Source: Tubulanus polymorphus
Taxonomy: Eukaryota > Animalia > Nemertea
Length of the DNA stretch: 64,000 bases
Direction: 5' to 3'
Assembly: GCF_964204645.1 (NCBI RefSeq)
Contig: NC_134027.1
Location: forward strand, 27,366,560-27,430,559
Made by a program: the position numbers and the translations under genes. This document shows, in pieces, positions 46,264-58,277 of this stretch. The notes beneath the pieces are model-generated. The model saw only the letters and a program-made list of their open reading frames with translations. It did not search any database and was not told where the DNA came from. The first letter of the stretch is position 1; every line of letters begins with the position of its first letter.

Positions 46264-49200
46264 ATGGCGTCGACTCTACGTGTATCCGGCTGCAGCGGCC
46301 GCAGCTCAATTATCAGTAGATTACTCACTATTTCACTGTTTTACGCTTGTATTTGTTGTATATTTGTCAACTGTGATGATGCGCGGTTTGCTCCGAGGAG
46401 AAAACCGATCAATCCGTTAAAAATAGTTAACAATGACCTGCTGGGAGATAAAAACCTGCCGCATCAGCTGCAGGAGCAGCAGCAGCAGCAGCAGCGGCAG
46501 GTGCTTAGAAACCAGCTGCCTGACAGCCACAAACAGCATCTGAGAGCTGACAGTGTTGAGCAGCAGAATCGGAATCAGCTACCCGACAGGCTGAACCAGC
46601 GTCATCAGCCTGTTAATAAGCAGCATCAATCGAACAGAATTCAAAACGAGCCTCTGATTGTCAATAATAATGATAGAAATGAACCTGTAAAACCAGCAGC
46701 TAGAAATACATATGTGAAAAAACCTGTAGTAGAAACTCATCAGGAAGGAGCAGGAGGAGGAGGAGGGAAGCGTAGAGCTGCGACTGCAGTGAGAATATCT
46801 GAACATCCCGCCTGTAAACAAGATGTGATGAATTTATGCAGTAAAACATCACGTATCAATAATTTTGATATTTTGAACTGTTTGCAATATAACTTCAAGG
46901 TAAATCAACTCTCTGAGTGTGACCCTGGAATGAGGCCGGATCCCGAAAATAGGCAATAACTGTGAGACTACTGACTCGACATTGGTTTGAGTTGTGAAAT
47001 ATTGATATGTGATATTAATAATGATATATTTGATATTTTTCAGTCTGAGAATGATATTTCTTCTGATTGTCAAAATGTAAGTTATTTAAATGTGATCATT
47101 TCATCATAATTAAATCAATTTCACTTTTAATCAACTGTATTCTTTTTTTCCAACAGTTCCTTTGGGATTATAAGAGAAATTTAACGACTGATTATCGATT
47201 TGATAGCGCTGCATCTCAAGTGTGTCTCGATACTCTCAACAAGGTAACGATATTTAAACAGTATCGCTGACTAGTGGATCGCAACTATAGAACTTTATCC
47301 ATGATTCAGTTCCACAGTTCTCTCTGTTAAAACTTGGCTCTAGAGTTCAACTAATGATAATACAGTATAGTCCAGGAACTGTCCAAGCTGAGATCCTGAG
47401 CTCCTGAGATCCTGAGCTCCTGAGATCCTGAGCTCCTCGGGTGTCAAAAACGTTTGAATTCGAATTATTTATTTTAACCTACATCTGTGGAACTCAGTCC
47501 AGAGTGGTGGAACTGGGTCCTATAAAACTGTCGGCAGAACTGGATCCAGAACTGTGGAACTGGGTCCTAAACTGTGGGCCGAACTGGGTGGAACTAAGGC
47601 CAGAACTGTGGAATTGGGTCCTAAACTATGGGTGGAACCAAGTCCAGAACTGTGCAACTGGATCTGAATTGTGGAACCTGCATTCAGAATTTAATTGAGA
47701 TTAACCTAGAACAGAACTGTTACACACTATGTATGTTTAATTGTAGATGCCTGATTGCGCTCGACTCCAACCAGGAACTGGACAAATCATTTCCTGTTTG
47801 ATTGAAAACAAAGATAATGTCACTGACGGAGCTTGTAAACAGTTTCTAACTAAAATGGCTGGAATTGTATTCAGTGATTTTCGCTTGATTTCAAATTTTG
47901 TACAAAGTTGCGATGAAGATATCATCGCGTTGAAGTGTGGTCGTATCGGGACGGTGCGTAAGGATAAAAATACTGATGTAAGTCATTAATTCATTAATTA
48001 TTCAAATAACATCGAGAAATTAATTATTCATATGAAATTTTGAGTTAATTTCTTGAATTCGAAAGAGCAGCTTTGAAGGGTTTTATCATGAATTTTAATG
48101 TCAAATTCTCTCGTGAGTTTTTGGTCATATTGATACAGGGTGGCGCCGCTGACCTGGAAAACTTAGGGATTTAGAAAAATCAGGGAAAACTGAGGGAATC
48201 AGATGATCTAGAAAAAATAAAGGAAACTTAATACACAGAACAGGGAAATTGGGAAAAACTTGGGAATTTGGAAATAATAATTCCCGGTTTGGAAATATTT
48301 GGGAATTTGAGAAATTTTCCTCAAATCGGGGAAATATTTGGGAAATTCATTACATTTCACATATTGCATTTGCCAAGGGCAACTTTCTTCAGCGATTTCC
48401 CTTGAAAATCACTTTTATCAGCCAGTGTTACCACTAAAATGTTGACGAGCATGATAATGTCTGTTCATTTCCATTTGGGAAAATTGAAAAATTACCCATG
48501 AATTTTGAATTCATATAACTGTGGAAACCATGTTAGGACCTAATATGTAATTGGTTGAAAACAGCCGCTCGTGTGTGGGTAGTGATTATAACTATTATAA
48601 TGAATATGTTTTAATATTTCAGCCTCCTCACTCACAGGGATCTACCATTAAATGTTTATCCGGTAAAATCAGTTCAGCGAATGAGAAATGCAAACAAGCG
48701 ATATTACGTATAGCTGAATTACAGGGCGATGATTTCCACTTGGATCGACCGTTATTTTACGCGTGTCGCGACGACCGAGAACGATTCTGTTCTCGCGTGA
48801 AATCCGGCGGCGGTGAAGTTTATAAATGTCTCTCAAAACATAAATTCGATCGTGAAATGTCGACCGAGGTTCGTAAGCAGACGTTGAAACCGTTCATATC
48901 TTAGAATTGAAGTTTAGAATATAGAATAAGAATGGAACAAGTCTGATCAGTTTCCTTGAGCTTCCGAATCCTGAAGATGACTGTTAGGAGTCAAATCATG
49001 CACTCAAGGAATTCAGGCTCTGCTTTTCATTCTTATAGGATTTTTAGCGAAATATTGTCTTGTTCATATGATATAAAATCCCTCCACACTTAAATAAATA
49101 AATCAATAAATAATGAATAAAAAGAGTTTGAAATGTTTCCTCGAGCTAGTGTGGTTTACTCGATGATCCTAACTCAAGGAAATATTTCAGACTCGGTATT

Positions 49201-52200
49201 TCTTTCTATGGGATTTTGTATAATATCTTCACAACCAGGACCCAGTTCCACAGTTGTGAGTTAGAGTTGACTCTGAGTTAAAGTTAGTTTATTTTCAATG
49301 ATTTAACTCAGAGTTAAATCTTAACTCGGAACTGTGGAACTGGACCCCGCAATTCAAAATCTTACATCAATGTTTGAAATTACTCCTATTCAATGAAACA
49401 CAAATAAATATTTTTATATTTCTAGTGTAAATCTCGTTTGACCGCGAGACAGAAATTGATTCGTCAGGATTATAAAGTGAGTAAAACGTTTTCTGAAGCT
49501 TGTCGCGTCGATATCAGGAATAATAAATGTACGGGAGAACATCTTAAAGGACAGAAACGTCATATCAGAATGTCGATAATCGTCAGGTGTTTAGAATCGG
49601 CTTATAAAATCAGTAAGTAAATCAATCATTACAATAGATACTGGTATCAACTCATGATTTATTATTGAATCTAGTTAGACGATGAATACTCTGTTGCAAT
49701 CCCACATTATCGATAAAATAGAGTCTGAAACGTTTTATTTAGCTAGTGTAGTTTATTCAACATTTCAACTGCATCCTAATAGTCATCTTCAGAAACTTTA
49801 ATCTTTTAACTGGTGTTAGAATTAAATTATTAGACGTATATTCAGTGCAACACAAAGCAGTAAGATGTGTTCCTCTATTCTAAATGTGGGATTTTATATT
49901 ATTCGTAACAATGCAGACTCGGATTGTTTTATCAATGGTTTCCGGTGGCAATGGGTGTAAGAGTTCAGGGCCCAGCTTCGGAAATAGGTTTAACTCTTAA
50001 ATCGATTTAATTTCTTCATTAATTCAGTTTATCGTAAATCGATTTAGGCCTAAATCCTTTTTGTGAAGCTGGGCCCCAGAGATAAATGGACTTTGAATCG
50101 GTTTAGTCGACTGTATTGCAAAACAAAACCAGTTTGAAAATTGATTTTTGATGCGTTTCTGTTTTTGCTATCAGAGCGAGATGTGAGTCCGGAATGTTTG
50201 GCCGAAATGCAAGATTATCGCAGGAGTTTAATGCAGGATTATCAGATAAGTCCCGAAGTAGTGACTGATTGCGCGTCTGAGTTAAAGAATCATTGCGATA
50301 ACGGATTCAAACGCGAAGGAAAAACGATCCATTGTTTGATGGATCTCGCGAGGCCGCGCAAATACGAGGGAGGAAAATTAACATTTTCTACTGAAATAAC
50401 GAAGAAATGTTTACGAGCTGTAAGTTAAAAATCAAACATTACTGAGAACAGTCATCTCGTTAATGGAGAAATAGTTGTAGAGGCAACTTCAGTAACTTCA
50501 AATGATGATTAACACTTAGTAAATTGAAATAGAAATAAAAATTGTAACTCAGAAATAGAGATGACTTCAGTAATGAGATAAATTATCCAAATGATGAATT
50601 ACACTTAGTAAATTGAATTAGAAATACAAATTGGGACTCATAAATATAGATGATTTCAGTAATGTGACAAATTATCAGAATTGAAGGGTATAAATGTTGT
50701 TTTAAATGAAATGTAATATATGTTGATTACAGTTGAAGGGTTTAATGCGTGAAGCTGATGTTGCTGAAGATTACAGAATTGATCCTACATTACACGCTGC
50801 GTGTCATTCTGTTGTACAATCTGAGTGTAAAGGAATCTCTCCGGGGGACTCAAGGTAAACTCCCTCTCTCCTCCCTCTCCCCTCCCTCTCCTCCCTCTCC
50901 CTTCCCTCTCTCCTCCCTCTCCCCTCCCTCTCCTCTCCCCTCCCTCTCCTCTCCCCACCCTCTCCCCTCCCTCTCTCCTCCATCTCCCCTCCCTCTCCTC
51001 CCTCTCTCCTCCATCTCTCCTGAATTGTTTATTGGATCATACTGATTCTATTTTAAGGATTATGAATTGTTTATTGGATCATACTGATTCTATTTTAAGG
51101 ATTATGAATTGTTTATTGGATCACACTGATTCTATTTTAAGGATTATGAATTGTTTATTGGATCATACTGATTCTATTTTAAGGATTATGAATTGTTTAT
51201 TGGATCACACTGATTCTATTTTAAGGATTATGAATTGTTTATTGGATCACACTAATTCTATTTTAAGGATTATGAATTGTTTATTGGATCACACTGATTC
51301 TATTTTAAGGATTATGAATTGTTTATTGGATCATACTGATTCTATTTTAAGGATTATGAATTGTTTATTGGATCACACTGATTCTATTTTAAGGATTATG
51401 AATTGATTATTGGATCACACTGATTCTATTTTAAGGATTATGAATTGTTTATTGGATCATACTGATTCTATTTTAAGGATTATGAATTGTTTATTGGATC
51501 ATACTGATTCTATTTTAAGGATTATGAATTGTTTATTGGATCATACTGATTCTATTTTAAGGATTATGAATTGTTTATTGGATCACACTGATTCTATTTT
51601 AAGGATTATGAATTGTTTATTGGATCACACTGATTCTATTTTAAGGATTATGAATTGTTTATTGGATCACACTGATTCTATTTTAAGGATTATGAATTGT
51701 TTATTGGATCACACTGATTCTATTTTAAGGATTATGAATTGTTTATTGGATCACACTGATTCTATTTTAAGGATTATGAATTGTTTATTGGATCACACTG
51801 ATTCTATTTTAAGGATTATGAATTGTTTATTGGATCACACTGATTCTATTTTAAGGATTATGAATTGTTTATTGGATCACACTGATTCTATTTTAAGGAT
51901 TATGAATTGTTTATTGGATCATACTGATTCTATTTTAAGGATTATGAATTGTTTATTAGATCATACTGATTCTATTTTAAGGATTATGAATTGTTTATTG
52001 GATCATACTGATTCTATTTTAAGGATTATGAATTGTTTATTGGATCATACTGATTCTATTTTAAGGATTATGAATTGTTTATTGGATCACACTGATTCTA
52101 TTTTAAGGATTATGAATTGTTTACTGGATCACACTGATTCTATTTTAAGGATTATGAATTGTTTATTGGATCACACTGATTCTATTTTAAGGATTATGAA

Positions 52201-55200
52201 TTGTTTATTGGATCACACTGATTCTATTTTAAGGATTATGAATTGTTTATTGGATCACACTGATTCTATTTTAAGGATTATGAATTGTTTATTGGATCAT
52301 ACTGATTCTATTTTAAGGATTATGAATTGTTTATTGGATCACACTGATTCTATTTTAAGGATTATGAATTGTTTATTGGATCACACTGATTCTATTTTAA
52401 GGATTATGAATTGTTTATTGGATCACACTGATTCTATTTTAAGGATTATGAATTGTTTATTGGATCACACTGATTCTATTTTAAGGATTATGAATTGTTT
52501 ATTGGATCACACTGATTCTATTTTAAGGATTATGAATTGTTTATTGGATCATACTGATTCTATTTTAAGGATTATGAATTGTTTATTGGATCATACTGAT
52601 TCTATTTTAAGGATTATGAATTGTTTATTGGATCATACTGATTCTATTTTAAGGATTATGAATTGTTTATTGGATCACACTGATTCTATTTTAAGGATTA
52701 TGAATTGTTTATTGGATCATACTGATTCTATTTTAAGGATTATGAATTGTTTATTGGATCATACTGATTCTATTTTAAGGATTATGAATTGTTTATTGGA
52801 TCACACTGATTCTATTTTAAGGATTATGAATTGTTTATTGGATCATACTGATTCTATTTTAAGGATTATGAATTGTTTATTGGATCATACTGATTCTATT
52901 TTAAGGATTATGAATTGTTTATTGGATCATACTGATTCTATTTTAAGGATTATGAATTGTTTATTGGATCACACTGATTCTATTTTAAGGATTATGAATT
53001 GTTTATTGGATCACACTGATTCTATTTTAAGGATTATGAATTGTTTATTGGATCATACTGATTCTATTTTAAGGATTATGAATTGTTTATTGGATCACAC
53101 TGATTCTATTTTAAGGATTATGAATTGTTTATTGGATCACACTGATTCTATTTTATTGTTTATTGGATCACACTGATTCTATTTTAAGGATTATGAATTG
53201 TTTATTGGATCACACTGATTCTATTTTAAGGATTATGAATTGTTTATTGGATCACTACGATTCTATTTTAAGGATTATGAATTGTTTATTGGATCACACT
53301 GTCTATTTTAAGGATTATGAATGTTCAACTGATTCTTTTAAGGATTCGTGCGAGTATATTGTTGATTGATTATGAATTGTTTATTGGATCATACTGATTC
53401 TATTTTAAGGATTATGAATTGTTTATTGGATCATACTGATTCTATTTTAAGGATTATGAATTGTTTATTGGATCACACTGATTCTATTTTAAGGATTATG
53501 AATTGTTTATTGGATCACACTGATTCTATTTTAAGGATTATGAATTGTTTATTGGATCATACTGATTCTATTTTAAGGATTATGAATTGTTTATTGGATC
53601 ACACTGATTCTATTTTAAGGATTATGAATTGTTTATTGGATCATACTGATTCTATTTTAAGGATTATGAATTGTTTATTGGATCACACTGATTCTATTTT
53701 AAGGATTATGAATTGTTTATTGGATCACACTGATTCTATTTTAAGGATTATGAATTGTTTATTGGATCACACTGATTCTATTTTAAGGATTATGAATTGT
53801 TTATTGGATCACACTGATTCTATTTTAAGGATTATGAATTGTTTATTGGATCACACTGATTCTATTTTAAGGATTATGAATTGTTTATTGGATCACACTG
53901 ATTCTATTTTAAGGATTATGAATTGTTTATTGGATCATACTGATTCTATTTTAAGGATTATGAATTGTTTATTGGATCACACTGATTCTATTTTAAGGAT
54001 TATGAATTGTTTATTGGATCATACTGATTCTATTTTAAGGATTATGAATTGTTTATTGGATCATACTGATTCTATTTTAAGGATTATGAATTGTTTATTG
54101 GATCATACTGATTCTATTTTAAGGATTATGAATTGTTTATTGGATCATACTGATTCTATTTTAAGGATTATGAATTGTTTATTGGATCACACTGATTCTA
54201 TTTTAAGGATTATGAATTGTTTATTGGATCACACTGATTCTATTTTAAGGATTATGAATTGTTTATTGGATCACACTGATTCTATTTTAAGGATTATGAA
54301 TTGTTTATTGGATCACACTGATTCTATTTTAAGGATTATGAATTGTTTATTGGATCATACTGATTCTATTTTAAGGATTATGAATTGTTTATTGGATCAT
54401 ACTGATTCTATTTTAAGGATTATGAATTGTTTATTGGATCACACTGATTCTATTTTAAGGATTATGAATTGTTTATTGGATCACACTGATTCTATTTTAA
54501 GGATTATGAATTGTTTATTGGATCATACTGATTCTATTTTAAGGATTATGAATTGTTTATTGGATCATACTGATTCTATTTTAAGGATTATGAATTGTTT
54601 ATTGGATCATACTGATTCTATTTTAAGGATTATGAATTGTTTATTGGATCATACTGATTCTATTTTAAGGATTATGAATTGTTTATTGGATCATACTGAT
54701 TCTATTTTAAGGATTATGAATTGTTTATTGGATCACACTGATTCTATTTTAAGGATTATGAATTGTTTATTGGATCACACTGATTCTATTTTAAGGATTA
54801 TGAATTGTTTATTGGATCACACTGATTCTATTTTAAGGATTATGAATTGTTTATTGGATCACACTGATTCTATTTTAAGGATTATGAATTGTTTATTGGA
54901 TCATACTGATTCTATTTTAAGGATTATGAATTGTTTATTGGATCACACTGATTCTATTTTAAGGATTATGAATTGTTTATTGGATCATACTGATTCTATT
55001 TTAAGGATTATGAATTGTTTATTGGATCATACTGATTCTATTTTAAGGATTATGAATTGTTTATTGGATCACACTGATTCTATTTTAAGGATTATGAATT
55101 GTTTATTGGATCATACTGATTCTATTTTAAGGATTATGAATTGTTTATTGGATCATACTGATTCTATTTTATAAGGATTATGAATTGTTTATTGGATCAT

Positions 55201-58200
55201 ACTGATTCTATTTTAAGGATTATGAATTGTTTATTGGATCATACTGATTCTATTTTAAGGATTATGAATTGTTTATTGGATCATACTGATTCTATTTTAA
55301 GGATTATGAATTGTTTATTGGATCACACTGATTCTATTTTAAGGATTATGAATTGTTTATTGGATCACACTGATTCTATTTTAAGGATTATGAATTGTTT
55401 ATTGGATCACACTGATTCTATTTTAAGGATTATGAATTGTTTATTGGATCACACTGATTCTATTTTAAGGATTATGAATTGTTTATTGGATCACACTGAT
55501 TCTATTTTAAGGATTATGAATTGTTTATTGGATCACACTGATTCTATTTTAAGGATTATGAATTGTTTATTGGATCACACTGATTCTATTTTAAGGATTA
55601 TGAATTGTTTATTGGATCACACTGATTCTATTTTAAGGATTATGAATTGTTTATTGGATCACACTGATTCTATTTTAAGGATTATGAATTGTTTATTGGA
55701 TCACACTGATTCTATTTTAAGGATTATGAATTGTTTATTGGATCACACTGATTCTATTTTAAGGATTATGAATTGTTTATTGGATCACACTGATTCTATT
55801 TTAAGGATTATGAATTGTTTATTGGATCACACTGATTCTATTTTAAGGATTATGAATTGTTTATTGGATCACACTGATTCTATTTTAAGGATTATGAATT
55901 GTTTATTGGATCACACTGATTCTATTTTAAGGATTATGAATTGTTTATTGGATCACACTGATTCTATTTTAAGGATTATGAATTGTTTATTGGATCACAC
56001 TGATTCTATTTTAAGGATTATGAATTGTTTATTGGATCACACTGATTCTATTTTAAGGATTATGAATTGTTTATTGGATCATACTGATTCTATTTTATAA
56101 GGATTATGAATTGTTTATTGGATCATACTGATTCTATTTTAAGGATTATGAATTGTTTATTGGATCATACTGATTCTATTTTAAGGATTATGAATTGTTT
56201 ATTGGATCATACTGATTCTATTTTAAGGATTATGAATTGTTTATTGGATCACACTGATTCTATTTTAAGGATTATGAATTGTTTATTGGATCACACTGAT
56301 TCTATTTTAAGGATTATGAATTGTTTATTGGATCACACTGATTCTATTTTAAGGATTATGAATTGTTTATTGGATCACACTGATTCTATTTTAAGGATTA
56401 TGAATTGTTTATTGGATCACACTGATTCTATTTTAAGGATTATGAATTGTTTATTGGATCACACTGATTCTATTTTAAGGATTATGAATTGTTTATTGGA
56501 TCACACTGATTCTATTTTAAGGATTATGAATTGTTTATTGGATCACACTGATTCTATTTTAAGGATTATGAATTGTTTATTGGATCACACTGATTCTATT
56601 TTAAGGATTATGAATTGTTTATTGGATCACACTGATTCTATTTTAAGGATTATGAATTGTTTATTGGATCACACTGATTCTATTTTAAGGATTATGAATT
56701 GTTTATTGGATCACACTGATTCTATTTTAAGGATTATGAATTGTTTATTGGATCACACTGATTCTATTTTAAGGATTATGAATTGTTTATTGGATCACAC
56801 TGATTCTATTTTAAGGATTATGAATTGTTTATTGGATCACACTGATTCTATTTTAAGGATTATGAATTGTTTATTGGATCACACTGATTCTATTTTAAGG
56901 ATTATGAATTGTTTATTGGATCACACTGATTCTATTTTAAGGATTATGAATTGTTTATTGGATCACACTGATTCTATTTTAAGGATTATGAATTGTTTAT
57001 TGGATCACACTGATTCTATTTTAAGGATTATGAATTGTTTATTGGATCACACTGATTCTATTTTAAGGATTATGAATTGTTTATTGGATCACACTGATTC
57101 TATTTTAAGGATTATGAATTGTTTATTGGATCACACTGATTCTATTTTAAGGATTATGAATTGTTTATTGGATCACACTGATTCTATTTTAAGGATTATG
57201 AATTGTTTATTGGATCACACTGATTCTATTTTAAGGATTATGAATTGTTTATTGGATCACACTGATTCTATTTTAAGGATTATGAATTGTTTATTGGATC
57301 ATACTGATTCTATTTTAAGGATTATGAATTGTTTATTGGATCATACTGATTCTATTTTAAGGATTATGAATTGTTTATTGGATCATACTGATTCTATTTT
57401 AAGGATTATGAATTGTTTATTGGATCATACTGATTCTATTTTAAGGATTATGAATTGTTTATTGGATCATACTGATTCTATTTTAAGGATTATGAATTGT
57501 TTATTGGATCATACTGATTCTATTTTAAGGATTATGAATTGTTTATTGGATCATACTGATTCTATTTTAAGGATTATGAATTGTTTATTGGATCACACTG
57601 ATTCTATTTTAAGGATTATGAATTGTTTATTGGATCATACTGATTCTATTTTAAGGATTATGAATTGTTTATTGGATCATACTGATTCTATTTTAAGGAT
57701 TATGAATTGTTTATTGGATCATACTGATTCTATTTTAAGGATTATGAATTGTTTATTGGATCATACTGATTCTATTTTAAGGATTATGAATTGTTTATTG
57801 GATCACACTGATTCTATTTTAAGGATTATGAATTGTTTATTGGATCACACTGATTCTATTTTAAGGATTATGAATTGTTTATTGGATCACATCGGTTCTG
57901 ATAAAATGAATGAAGAATGTGAAGAACGTTTGTTAGAAGTTCAATATTTTATGGCTCGTGATTGGAAGTAAGTAATCTGACTGTAAATAGGGTTTGCGGG
58001 TTCCGGCTCGTGATTGGAAGTAAGTAATCTGACTGTAAATAGGGTTTACGGGTTCCGACGACTCCTTCATTCCTTATAGTGAAACAAATATTTCTAATCA
58101 TCTCAAAATCTCCTACAAATTGTGCGAAATATTACTGTAATATTCTTTGAATTTTGGGGGAGTCGTATTTCTATCTGCCGCATTGGTTCCCGATATATTG

Positions 58201-58227
58201 AGCTATTATGATCAATGTGGTACGGAC

Positions 58228-58277
<50 letters not shown>

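Noticed and set aside
51032-57865. Long 300-620 aa ORFs of (RIMNCLLDHTDSIL)n as a stand-alone repeat-protein gene
   Set aside because: They are open only because the 42-bp unit has no stop in one frame; they lie inside a GLG1 intron and are broken by stops and frameshifts.
51021-57891. CRISPR array
   Set aside because: Units are contiguous with no unique spacers, there are no cas genes, and the context is eukaryotic. The same applies to the other tandem arrays.
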